Source: Octopus vulgaris
Lineage: Eukaryota
Length of the DNA: 64,000 nucleotides
Reading direction: 5' to 3'
Assembly: GCA_951406725.2 (NCBI GenBank)
Contig: OX597815.1
Coordinates: 75,826,001 to 75,890,000, forward strand
Shown: piece after piece, positions 51,417 to 64,000 of the stretch
Position numbering within the stretch: the stretch's first letter is position 1
Layout of the letters: each line of letters begins with the position of its first letter
The notes under the pieces: generated by a model
What the model was told of the DNA's origin: nothing
Database searches by the model: none
The model's input: the letters and a program-made list of their open reading frames with translations, nothing else
Translations under genes and position numbers: made by a program

Positions 51417-52313
51417 CATGGTCTGATCAATAAGTATCTGGACTATTGTCACAATAATGAAGCTAGAGCATGCAGAGTGAAGCTGTTTGGCACAGATTGA
51501 CCTTGAACTCTTCTGTGCATGTGCACTAAGTTTTAACATTCTAGCTCACTTCTGCTGTTTACAGTAGTGCTTGGAAGGAAGGTGTGTAATGTGTGACTGT
51601 TGCATTGACCATGACAGAGAAAGTTGAGCAGAGAATCTGCATCAAATTTTGACAAAAGTCTGGCAATAACTGCTCAGAGGCCTGTGCAAAGTTTGCAAAA
51701 AGTTTTCATTGTTCTCAACACAATCACAGAGATTTTGTGCAACTGAAACCCAAGTGTCTTTTTGGTCAGCTGAAATCAAGTTTGACACAAAATTTGAAGA
51801 CATGTATCTCATACCCAAATCTTTAGTTAAATTGGACTGAACTGAAATGTAACTAATCTGCACATCTTCTGATAACTCACAGATGATGATTCGATGATTT
51901 CCCCTCACAGCTGCACACACATCTGTGATGTTTTTCCCTTCTCGGTTCTGCTGTTACAAGTCTCCCAGAACATTTGTCATATCAACGTTTTTCCAGCCAT
52001 TTCAGAAATGTCTGAACCACACTTACACTTGTGTGTAGCTCCTACACTCATCTCCATACACTTTCTGCAACTTTGCATAGGCCTCTAAGCAGGTATCACC
52101 ATGACAACTTTCTCTGTCATGGTCAATGTAATGATCACACTCTACATACCTTCCTTCCAAGCACTGCTGTAAACAGCAGAAGTGAGCTAGAGAGTTAAAA
52201 TTAGTGCAAATGAACAGCAGAGTTCAAGGTCAATCTGTGCCAAGGGGCTTCACTCTGTATGCTTTAGCTACATTACTATGCCAAAAGTCCAGATACTTAT
52301 TGATCAGACCTCC
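51417..52313. mobile_element. Rearranged mariner element with two 5' ends (about 210-bp inverted arms) and TA flanks
   Basis: TA|CATGGTCTGATCAATAAGTATCTGGACT ... AGTCCAGATACTTATTGATCAGACCTCC|TA; MTEKVEQRICIKF start on plus, HTH/linker remnant ELSEDVQISY..DLGMRY..NENFL on minus. Confidence 0.85.
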
Positions 52314-52338
52314 TATATACACAAAAAGGGGAGAAGGG

Positions 52339-52387
<49 letters not shown>

Positions 52388-54379
52388 AAGGTCTCTATTA
52401 TTCTGTATTTGTATGTTCAAATTGCAAGCACATAGCAAAACAATGTCATGAAGATTTATAAATTTATGCATCGAAGGATATATCGATAGATAGTTAAATG
52501 AAAGTAAAATAACCTTAGGTAGTAAATAGTTGTGGGTGTAAAGCTTTTATCTTCTACATGTTGAAGACCAAAGGCTATAGCCATGCAGGGGCACCACCAG
52601 TTTTTTTTTTTTTTTTTTTTGTTATTTGGTTTAAACACTTATCAGTATTATGAGAATAGACAGATACCGAAAGGAATGTGCAGATTTGACAGTTAATAGA
52701 TAGATAGCTAGATAGGTGAGTCTACAGATATATGAAAAATATGCAGATAGAGAGATATATTAAGAGATATAAAAGTAGATATGTAGCTGAACTAAACTGA
52801 AATGAAAAGAGATAGAAATAATCTCAATTGGTAAATAACTTTGACTGAGCCTTGGTGGTGGTTAGACAGCAAAAAGTGTAGTTTTTTTTTTTTTTACATA
52901 TATAAGTTTGATCACTTTAATTCATGTTATATTTCTTTAAAATATAAAGCACACCATATCTGTCAAATATATTAAAAGAAGGAAAATAAATAATACCTTC
53001 TCGGTTCATTTCAATTATATTTGAAAATACAGTTTTGATTAAATGACATCTCAAAAGAATTTTTCAAAAGATTTCAAAAGAATTTTTTATTTAATTCTTT
53101 ACTTGTGTTTAATATAATAAAAAAATGTTTTCAAATATGCTCACTTACACTGTAGAATTTCCACAGGTCCTCATAGTTTAATATAATTACCAGTCAACTT
53201 TATCTTTTATCCTTTCAGGAGTCAATAAAAGAAATACCAATTCATGGTGGAGGATTAGCAGAACTGTAAGAATTTAGACCATATGCCTTAAATCCTGCCA
53301 TAGCTTACTTAGATGTTAGACTTAATTCATTGCTTAGTTTAACACTACCACCTGGCTACCTTGATTGCTGTTAACAGAATCCACTGTTTTGCAAGCATTC
53401 AGGTTAGGTCTCTAGTTGAGGTTATCTCCCTCTCTCCTTTTCTCACTCTTCCCTATCCACCAAGTTTTAGAGATCCTGTAAAAAGTCATGGGTGCTGCCT
53501 TCCCTCCTGACCACAGAAAAAAAGATTAAAAATATTTTTTGCAAGTTTCTAAAAAAAAAAGGTAATCTATCAGACATTTTTAAAAATCTAGAAAAGAAAA
53601 TCTTCTAGCAAAATGTAAGATAATAATGACAGGAATTATTTTACGGCTGTCAAACATCTGTTATAAATAGAGATGACGCATGCTACCTGAAACATGACAA
53701 AGCTGTGGCTACCTTAGTAACAGAGACAATATTTGTTGCTTTGTCTTGGTAACTACTTGTTTATAGCTGAGTAGAATATTATTGAAGTAACAGTGACATT
53801 GAATCTATTGACAGGATTAACAAAATATTATCTTACAATCAGGTAATTAACCATTACAGGTTGGGGTAAGATTCAAAGACAACAGGTTTATAAAGGGCTT
53901 AAATGTGACAGCTAATTAAATACATATTTACTTTGTCTCACTCACAGAAATTATCTCCAAGCATAGATACATGGGTGTTATTGGAATAAAAATCTTCTTC
54001 ACACAGTTAAAGGACAAGCAGTGCCAATTGGTTTGATGTGATGAGGACAACTGAGCAAAATTAATGCAGTTAATGGTCATTCATTCATTTAACATCTTTT
54101 TTATCATGCTAGCATGGGTTAGATTGAGACTGTTTGAAGCAGCATTTTATAGCCAGATGTCCATCCTGTTGCCAACTCTCATTTATTTTTCAAGTAGATG
54201 GTTTATATACTTCACTGGTCTCTAAACATGCAGAGTAACTCATTGTAATGTTAAGAAGGAATATAAGCATATCAGCATTTCACTCAGACAGTAACAAGCA
54301 AACATTCATATACATATGTAATCATCAAGATCCCTTAATTGATGCAACCAGTCATTGGGGTGCCAGTCTAGATGCTTTT

Positions 54380-55460
54380 CTAGTCAGCCATACCAGTGGT
54401 CTCTGTTCTGTCATGTGTAACAGGTTTACTGTGTAATGACCTGTCCAGTCCTTGATGTTGTCAATCCAGAACTTTCTCTGTCTGCCTCTCTTTCATGCTC
54501 CTGCAGCTGTGCCCTGAAGAATGGTTTCAGACAGGGAGTTTTGGTAGGATACATGACTGTTCTAGGCAAGTTTTTGTCTTTTTACCTACACAAAGAGTGG
54601 TTCCTGTCAGCCAGTGTATTTGTTGACTAGTTGTCTCACAAAGCTGTTCATTTTGTGCTGTGTATGGATATGTAGCAGCCTTCTGAAGCACTTGTGCTCA
54701 AATGCCTGGATTCTTTGCTTCTATGTCAGTTATACGAGTCCAGCTCTCACAACCATACAGGACTAGAGAAATGTACACTTTGAGTTTCATTGGAAAACTA
54801 ATGGAAATGTTTTTCCATATGGTGTTCAGCATTGTTATGGCAGCAGAGGTTAAACTGTTGTTACATCCTTTTGAGATCTGGCATCCTTGGGTCAAAGTGG
54901 TTCCTAGGTACTTGACAGTGTCCACTTTATCAAGTCTCTATCCATTTAGCATGATGTTGATTGCTATGTTTTGGTTGTTAGTATCAACCAGGATCTTGCT
55001 CTTTTCTGATCTGATCTCCATCCCATGTGCTCCTGATACTTTTTCTAGTCTAGTTGTGAGCACCTATAGTTCTGTTTCACTGCTTCCTAACAGGTCAATA
55101 TCATCAACAAAGCACAGATTGGAAATGGGCTATCCTTCAATGGAAACAGAGGGGTGGTCTTGAACTGTCTCCTGCATAATGTTCTCCAGGAAGATATTGA
55201 AAAGCACTGGAAAGAGAAGACATCCTTGTTGAACGTTCACTGTTGCCCTGAAGAATTTTCTGATGCTCTTCATGAGAACTGCACTGCATGAGTTTTCTTT
55301 CAGTGTTTGGATTACTTCAATGAGGTTGTTGTTGAATTTGTAATTCTTCATCACCGGTCATAACTCATTATGCCAAACATGGTCAAAAGCTTTTTTGAAG
55401 CTGATGAAACTGTGATAGAGGTCAGACTGGTATTGCAGATGTTTCTTAGTGAGCAGTCAT
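54380..55460 (-). mobile_element. Degenerate RTE-clade LINE RT
   Basis: FISFKKAFD..QQGCLLFPVLFNIFLE..FVDDIDL..KYLG..LYGCESW, with stops and frameshifts. Confidence 0.8.
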
Positions 55461-56089
55461 GTTAAATATACATATACATATATATACAGTTATACGCAGG
55501 CCTATGTTAAATATACATATTCACAGTTATACATACATCCCAAATGTGGGGTCAATTCTCTATTGTGGGTGCAAAGTCTCAACAATTGTTGAGAAGAGCC
55601 TGTTTTGAAGGATTCTTTCCTAGCTATGGTAAGGATATGTTTTCGCTAGCTGAGATCCTCAGCAATAAAAGACATAACAATCAGAGAAACCACGAGGTCT
55701 CTTAATGAGTGCTGCTCATGTTTAATGGGTGATTGGGGAGTGCAATGGTGTTTTCTTGATGTGAGCATAACATGACTGCTACATTTCACCTTGTCATGCT
55801 ATAATTGAGAAGTCGCATCACGCCAAGTAGAATCAAAGTCAGCCAGACATACAGGCATGTCCCTTACAGGTATTGGTGTCACATAAAATGCATTCATACC
55901 AGTGCTGCATAAATGCACCCATGACATATATATATATATATCCCATGCTAGCATGGAAAGCGGACGCTAAACGATGATGATGATACACACACATACAGAC
56001 ACTTTGATGCATTTTTAATACAGTTAGTATTTGTTATTAAACACAATATCATCGTATATAATGTTATCCTATCTATGTATATGTGTAGT

Positions 56090-57489
56090 CTTAACGAAAT
56101 TTGCAACCACACACTTTCCACCTTTGTCGCTCCAAAGATTTGGCACCAATCTCAAATCATCCCAATACCCCAAAAAGGCGATTTATCTCTCATCACCAAC
56201 TACAGGGGTATATCTCTAATGTCAATTGCTGCAAAACTGTACAACAAACTGATTCTAAATCGTCTTGTCCTTTTTGTTGAACCTTTGCTCCAAAAGAACC
56301 AAAATGGATTCAGAGATGGGTGCTCAACGCTGAGCCAGATACTATGCCTATGCAGACTTATTGAAGAATCAAAAGCATTTAATCGCGATCTTGCAATGGT
56401 ATTTGTAGACTTTTCTAAAGCGTTCGATTCTGTAGATAGGTACAAGATGTTTGAAATCCTTAAGCTCTATAGGATACCAGACAAAATCATTTCTGCCATC
56501 AAAGTCCTCTACACAGATACGTCTTCAACCATCTTAACCCCTGACGGAGAAACATCATCTTTCTCAATCAAAGCCGGAATACTGCAGGGAGACACACTCG
56601 CCCCATTTCTTTTCATCATTGTCATTGACTATGTGCTACGTATGTCAGTTGATACCATCTCTGGCAAGGGCTTTGAAATAAAACCAAGAAGTTCCAGACA
56701 CCCAGCTGAATACTTGACAGACACTGACTTTGCTGACGACATCGCGCTTATCAGTGATTCTCTCTCCAATGCCCAGTCTCTTTTACAATCTCTCAAACAA
56801 GCCTCAAATTGTGTAGGTCTTTACCTCAATGAGGCCAAGACTGAATATATAAACAAGTGCCTGTCCAACAATGATTGCATCATCCATACTCTCAACAATG
56901 CGCCCTTAAATATGGTTTCTGATTACAAATATCTTGGGTCATACATATCATCATCTGGAAAAGATTTTCTAACTAGAAAGGGTATGGCCTGGTCAGCCTG
57001 TAATGACATGCATAAGATCTGGTCATCAAATCTAAGTAGAGACTTCAAACTTGAAATCTTCAAAGACACAGTCAAACCAATTCTACTATATGGCTCAGAA
57101 ACCTGGATGTTATCAAAGAAGCTTGAGAGGCGGTTGGATGGAACCTACACTTGCCTCCTTATGAGAGCTCAAAATCTCTCATGGAAGCGCCATCCAACCA
57201 AAATGCAAATATATGGGAAACTACCACCTATGTCATCTCTTGTGAAAGGTAGGAGAGGCCAGTTTGCTGGACATTGTTGTAGAGCTGAAAAAGAGGTAAT
57301 TTCTACTCTCCTCCGCTGGAAGCCATCTACTTGCAATGCCAGAGAGCGCACACTCTCCTACCCTGATGTAATCTCCAGGGATACAGGCATCCAGCAACAG
57401 GACCTCCATAATGCCATAATGGACCGTGAAGTCTGGCGTAGCATGGTAAATTCCATTGTCTCGACCACGGTCGAACAATGATGATGATG
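56090..57489 (+). mobile_element. 5'-truncated RTE-group LINE with uninterrupted RT, (TGA)n tail and 11-bp TSD
   Basis: NYRGISL..QNGFR..FVDFSKAFD..GILQGDTLAP..FADD..YKYLG..LLYGSETW; TSD ATATGTGTAGT at 56079-56089 and 57490-57500. Confidence 0.92.
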
Positions 57490-57718
57490 ATATGTGTAGT
57501 GAAAAATTGAGTCCATCTCATTCACATTATTGTCACCCTTTTGATGCAAACCAAACAAAAGAAGTGTATTGCTTGTTTATATATAACATGCAGCTATACA
57601 GTCAAATATTGTTATATACAAAATGAAAGGAAAGCAAAGCAAGCCAATATGTAGATATTTAGTATCAACTTATGTTGAAAAGAAAAATAGTAAAAGTAAA
57701 TTTATCATTGTTAAAGCA

Positions 57719-58388
57719 ACAGGGATATCTACACAAGTGTGCCCCAACAACTTTGTTTCCACATAACTTTCAGAAAAATGGATATTTTTTAATGAAATTT
57801 TCTACAAATATGCTTCAGATGGTGTAGATTTCGGTTATATCAAAATTTACTGTGAAAATATTTTTCTGATGGATGGGAGAGGAATTTCAGAAAATTCATG
57901 AGTCAGCTTTGCGTGGGTATTCTTAAATGAAATTTTCTACTGATACCTTTCAGAATATGTAAATTACAACTGGTAGGCATGCACACAAACATACTGACAC
58001 ACATCACAATTCTTTTTTAAATTTCAAGTTAAATTCTGCAATGTGTGATGCATGTCAGTATATATGTGTGTGAGCTCACAATTTTTATTTTGTCAGATTA
58101 AACTCCAATATAATCGTAATCTACACTCTGGAAAGTATCTATAAAAAATTTCATCAAAAAATACCCATTTTTCTGAAAGTTTTAAGGAAACAAATCCAAC
58201 TTGTATGAATTGTCCAAAACTCCTCTCCCTACCAAAGAAAAAAATTTTGCACAAATTCCAATATAATCAAAATCTACATTATCTGAAGTATATTTGTAGA
58301 AAACTTTATTAAAAAACTATCAATTTTTCTGGAAGTTATGAGGAAACAAAGTTGGGGTTGGGGTGGCACACATGTGTAGGTATGCTAA
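57719..58388. mobile_element. Non-autonomous DNA transposon with long imperfect TIRs
   Basis: CTACACAAGTGTGCC..ACTTTGTTTCCACATAACTTTCAGAAAAAT..TTCTACAAATAT.CTTCAGAT pairs with 58240-58388. Confidence 0.75.
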
Positions 58389-59163
58389 GCAGTGAAATAT
58401 CAATTTTTAGTAGAATGCCAGAAAAGCATGCAAAAGTTGAAAATGTAAAATTCAAAGCAGACAACTGTAAGATGAAATATTGCAAAGCAGTTGTTAACAA
58501 AATGTGCATTTAATATTAAAAAAACAATGATGAATAAATGAAGAATATTAACTGGAAAAAAGACAATGAAACATAAGCTTTAAAAAAAGTCATAAGGATA
58601 TTCAAACATTTAATGGATGCCAAGTAGAAATTCAAATGGCAGGATATTTGTGTTTGTGCATAAACTTTAGTCTGCTCATGAACACTTCATTCAGGCTGAA
58701 GTGAGTATAAAATAGGTTACTGTATATCATTGTGCATGTATTAGCAGAAGTCCATAATAAAAATTTTTTAAAACTATATTGAAGACAAGTGCAGGCATGG
58801 CTGTGTGGTAAGAAGCGTCATGGTTCCGGGTTCAGTTCTGCTGCGTGGTACCTTGGGCAAGTGCCTTCTTGTATAGCCTCGGGCCAACCAAAGCCTTGCG
58901 AGTGGATTTGATAGATGGAAATTGAAAGAATGTCGTTGTATATATATATTTATTCTTTTATTTGTTTTAGTCATTTGACTGCAGCTATGCTGGAGTACCG
59001 GCTTTTGTTTAACAAATCAACCCCAGAACTTATTCTTTGTAAGCCTAGTACTTATTCTAGTGGTCTCTTTTGCCAAACTGCTAAGATACAGGGACGTAGA
59101 CACACCGACATTGGATGTCAATCAATGGTGGGGGGGGAGAACAAACATACACACACACACACA

Positions 59164-59227
<64 letters not shown>

Positions 59228-60661
59228 TATATACGATGGGCTGCTTTCAATTTCTGTCTACCAAATCCACTCACAAGGCTTTGGTCGGCCCAAGGCTATA
59301 TTAGAAGACACTTATCCAAGGTGCCATGTGGTGGGACTGAACCCAGAACCATGTGGTTGGTAAGCAAGCTACTTACCACACAGCTACTTATATATATATA
59401 TATATAAATATTCGTGTTTGTGTGTGTATCTTTGTATCCGTGTTTGTCCCACCACCACTTCACAACCAGTGCTGGTGCATTTTCATTCCTGTAACTTACC
59501 AGTTCAGCAAAAAACAAAAAAGACCAATAGAATAAGTATCAGGCTTATAAAAAACAAATAATAACTAGTGGGGTTGATACATTCTACTAAAAATTCTTCA
59601 AGGCAGTGCCCCAGCATGGCTGCAGTCTAATGACTGAAACAAGTAAAAGATAAAGATATATGTGTAAGAGACAGAGACTGTGTGTATGTGTTTGCACCTC
59701 CTCATTCTAGGATTTCATAATAATTGTAAACAAGTATCACTGCCATACAAGCAGTGTCATATTTCCAGTTTCCCATAGGGAAATATTACCTTGCTAGAAA
59801 ACAAGTGAGAGTTGGTAACTGAAAGGGCATCTGGCCATAGAAAATCTGGTTTAAGAAATTCTGTTCTAACCCATATGAGTATGGAAAAGGGGACATCAAA
59901 ACAATGATGATGATGATGATGACTTGATAACAAAATAAGTCACTGCATAATATCATTCAATAGGTAAACCAAGTGAAAAATAATTTTATCTTTAATCAAG
60001 TTTAATAGAAGGCAGTTTGCATGCAAATTGCAGATGGTTTCATGTGCTTTTAATTCACAAGTATAGCACTTATGGAAGCATACTGGAACCATAGTTACCA
60101 TCCCACTCCAATTACACAAGAATGATGTCTCATATTTCACTGATTATCATATTAATAGATAGTTCAGTGAAATCCTTTCCTGATTCTCCAACAAATACAT
60201 AATACATAAACAGGTTAGCATAATATGTAAACCTGTTTGAAGTTTTCAAAATTCACTTGCTAGAAAGTACATGATTATTTATGTATGTCTATAAATAGAC
60301 ACAGGTGTGATGGTGTTATTAAGAGCTTTGCTTCCCTACCACATGGTGGTACACAGTATGTTCAATCCTACTGTGAGCCAAGATGGACAAGTGTCTTCTA
60401 TAGCTATAATCCCAGGCCCATATATATATCTTTTATCTTTTACTTGTTTCAGTCATTTGACTACTGCCATGCTGGGACACTACTTTGAAGGGTTTTTAGC
60501 CGAATGAATCAACCCCAGTACTTATACCCATGGTATTTATTCTATTGGTCTCTTTTGCCAAACCACTAAGTTATAGGGACATAAACACACCAACACCAGT
60601 TGTCAAGCGGTGATGGGGGACAAAAACAGACACAAAGGCACACACACATTGATATATACAT

Positions 60662-60730
60662 ACAGGGCCGTTGCTAAGCCCCTGCAACCCCTGCGGTTAC
60701 AGGGGGCCTCCACATTTGAGGAGCCCCATG
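60662..60730 (+). mobile_element. Possible hAT-type terminus
   Basis: GC-rich CAGGGCCGTTGCTAAGCCCC...GGGGCCTCC in an AT-rich background; no partner end found. Confidence 0.3.
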
Positions 60731-61203
60731 TTAAGATCAAAGTACATAGATGAGTCATCTATTTACTTAGATTAAAATGTTAACTGAAAATTTCAAGCCA
60801 GATGAGGAAATAAAAATACGAATGTGTACCATAATTAAATTTTAAATGAATGAAAAATGTAAATGAAAAAAGCTTGTCAATGAATTCCCTTGGGAGATAA
60901 AAGAAAAACAAAAGAAATCCAAAACAATGAAAATAAGAACAACTTTAACAGAAAAGACATGAAAAAGAAGCAACGGTGATGAAAGTTGGGGGATGTATAC
61001 TTATACATACATGCAAACATACACACACAGGCATACGTACACACATTCATAGATACATCCACACACATATAAATGATTGGCTTTGATCTGTTTCTGTCTA
61101 CCAAATCCATTCGCAAGGCTTTGGCCAGCTCAGAGAGACAAAGAGAGAGAAAGGGAAAGAGATGGATAGATAGATAGACGTGTACCAAACACACACGCAT
61201 CTC

Positions 61204-62290
61204 TTAGTGTGTGACAGTATATTTTGCACCTAAAAAGAAGCCTGACATGGTTTGTATAATCAAGGTACTCCAAGTTTAATCTGTCTGGTGAAAGAGTGGA
61301 CAGGCATCGTTTGTATGTAGTGGAATGGCTAAAATTTAGGTTGTTAGCTGTGTAGCTTCCTTGTGATAAATGGAAGACTGAATTTTGTGTGTGAATAGTT
61401 ATTTGTGTATGGATTCTGCTAAAGTTTGTTAAGTCTTGGTTTATACTTTTGTATGAAAGTATTTTCTTTGCTTATCCATGCTTTTATCTGTGGTATTCAC
61501 TGAACATAGGTAGAGTGGGAAGACCTGGAATTTGGTAGACTTATTTTTTACACATATGGCTATGTGACCACTCATTGGAATCTGTCTAGTACTGGGGTCT
61601 TGTATTTGTTGTTGGTGAATGGTCAGTCTATTTCTTCCATTTATCACAAGGAAACTACACAGCTAACAACCTAAATTTTAGTCATTCCGCTACATACAAA
61701 TGACACCTGTCCACTCTCCCACCAGACAGATTAAATTTGGAGTGCCTTGATTATAACTATGTCCACTTCAACCATGTCGGCCTTCTTTTTAGGTGCAAAA
61801 TATACTGTCACCTGACACTAATGCACAAACATAGAGGGAAACGTACAAAAGGTTATAAACTTAATCATGTGTTCATTCTCTGCAAACACTTGACAGAAAA
61901 CATTCAGAGCATTGACTGTTTAGACTTCTTCAATCAACTGTGTCAGAATTAACTTACAACACCAAACATTGTCACTTCATACTAACACACAGATGTAACA
62001 AGGAACCTACAAAAATTTCTAAGACCAGTCATGTGACTATCCTTTACCAATCAAATCCCATTCAGAACATATACTAATTTGAGCCATGAACTCCCTATAA
62101 AAATAGAGCAAGCTTCAAACACTAATCAGAAGCAAGACAGCTGCAACATAAACCACGTCTTCCTATTTAACTTTATGAAGATCAGTGTAAACTGTGAAAC
62201 CAGTTAAAGCTTTAAATATATAAATAAAAAATATTTTAACTATTCTTAGTGCATTTTCAACTTCTATTTCTCCTATATTTCTACCTCTGT
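61204..62290. mobile_element. Penelope-like element: minus-strand GIY-YIG C-terminus joined head-to-head to an inverted 3' UTR/pLTR
   Basis: Minus LTIHQQQIQDPSTRQIPMSGHI..FQVFPLY../IQKYKPRLNKL*; inverted arms 61204-61377 and 61633-61820; degenerate hammerhead at 62171-62209. Confidence 0.7.
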
Positions 62291-64000
62291 GGAATAAAAT
62301 AACTTTGTTTTATATATATATATATGCTTCTGTCGACCAAATCAACTCACAAAATTTTGATAAGCCCAAGGTTATAGTAGAAGACACTTGCCCGTGGTAC
62401 AACACAGTGGGATGAACTTAGATCCATGTGGTTGGAATGCAAACTCTTACCACACAGTCATGTATATCTTCTTGTCTCTCTCTCTCTGCTCACATTCATG
62501 AATAACAGGAGTGGAAATTAAAAATTAAAAATCAACTTCACTGGTGTGAAAGAACCTACAAAAGTCACAGGTGCAACCCTTCTTCTTCCTTTAAATAATT
62601 AATTCATAATACAAAAAAAACATTAAAAAATTAAACAAGGCGTTTGTTTCTCATAATAAAAATCAGGTTATATGAGATGCAAGAAATATGATGCTATATG
62701 ACAATAAAATCTAGGAAATGAATGCAGAAGATTCACAGAAACATGGTTATATGCTATGATAGATGCAATGGTCACTCAAAAATTTGAATTGTTATTTCAA
62801 TGCTACAGACCTTGCAATAATAACAACAATGATGAACAAATATATTCAGAAGATCATGTGTTATTTGAAACCAACAATGCATCAAGAACAAGAAAGTCAA
62901 GTAGAAAGATATGCATACATAGACATAAACAGACAATATAACTGAAGCAGAATGAATTGAAAATGACTTGCCAGATGAGTAATGTTAACTTAAGAGAAAA
63001 GTCAAACAAGTGAGTTGAGAAGTAGAAGTCATAAGAAACATTAGTATTCAGGAGTTATGACAAACTGGTCATCATCATGATGATGATGACAATGATGATA
63101 ATGATGATGTAACATCTAGTTTCCATTTCAGCATAGGTTGAACAATTTGACAGGAACCAGAGAGCCACAAGGCTGTATTATGAATGAAAATGAATGCTGT
63201 ATATGAGATGCAAATTGATAGTAGAGGATACCATTAATAGAGGCAGGCCAAGGGAAATTTAGAAAGTAGCTAAGTTAGACATGAGAATATCAGACTTCAT
63301 AGATGTTACAAAACAAGATTCAAACATATAATGATACTGTATTAAAAAGCCAACCAACTTAATATAAGCAAGGAAAACTAGACATTATACTAATATATGT
63401 GGTTTATAAAATCAAATGCAATAATTAATAAAAAGACTCAGCTAACATCTAATCACAAGCTATCAATTCAATGAACTGCTGGGTGGGGTAATTATTGTTA
63501 AATACAAAATGGGGTTTGAAATGAATTTCAACAATGTTTTTACACAATGTAAAGTGGTTGGAAAATGAAGGAAAAGAACCTAGAGTAGAGAGGTCTCTTT
63601 GGTTTTGTCGAGGCCCTCTCTAGTGCTGTTGCCATGAGGAAACACACATAGTGCACTCAATAAAGATGGTTAGTGCTAAGAAGGGGATCCAACCAATGAA
63701 ACTAATAAAAAAATTTAATATACAAGCAAAAACGTGGGGTATTAAATCATCAAGGAAAAAAGTAACTCCAAATAAGAACTGACAATAATCATGACAGCCT
63801 TTCCAACACAAACCAACATGGAAAGGAAATATAAGATGAAAATTTCTATATTTAATTTTGTTATCATTTAAGTGCAAAAAGTTATCACAGCCTAAATGTG
63901 AAGAGAGCTTATCCTACCTTTATCCTCATTTTAATCCTGCTTCAGTTAGACAGGTTTCCTTCATTGCCACTGAATTATTGTCTATTAATAGTGTAAGAAA

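Noticed and set aside
62650-63380. Very decayed RTE endonuclease and 3'-end-like fragments
   Set aside because: Similarity (e.g. ATDLAIITT, RGRP) too weak to set boundaries or family by eye

Overview
AT-rich, microsatellite-rich and repeat-dense animal genomic DNA. The repeat families suggest an octopod cephalopod (inference, not verified). One protein-coding gene spans most of the window on the minus strand: a KIF24-type kinesin-13 (N-terminal SAM domain, central motor, long low-complexity C-terminal region). I reconstructed it by hand from 8 GT-AG exons (45308 down to 8447) with consistent phases, at least 1205 codons. Six motor exons are too short to appear in the ORF track. The 5' UTR exon and probably the last exon(s) were not located. 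Introns and flanks hold many transposon fragments: RTE-group LINEs (one with a PHD finger inside the RT, one with three C-terminal C2H2 fingers, one uninterrupted with an 11-bp TSD); CRE-, HERO- and R4/Dong-like REL-endonuclease fragments; Penelope-like elements with hammerhead ribozyme motifs; several tRNA-derived SINE families; two non-autonomous Helitrons; Tc1/mariner and TTAA-type MITEs; and long fold-back palindromes. Repeat family names come from recalled motif similarity, not database searches.
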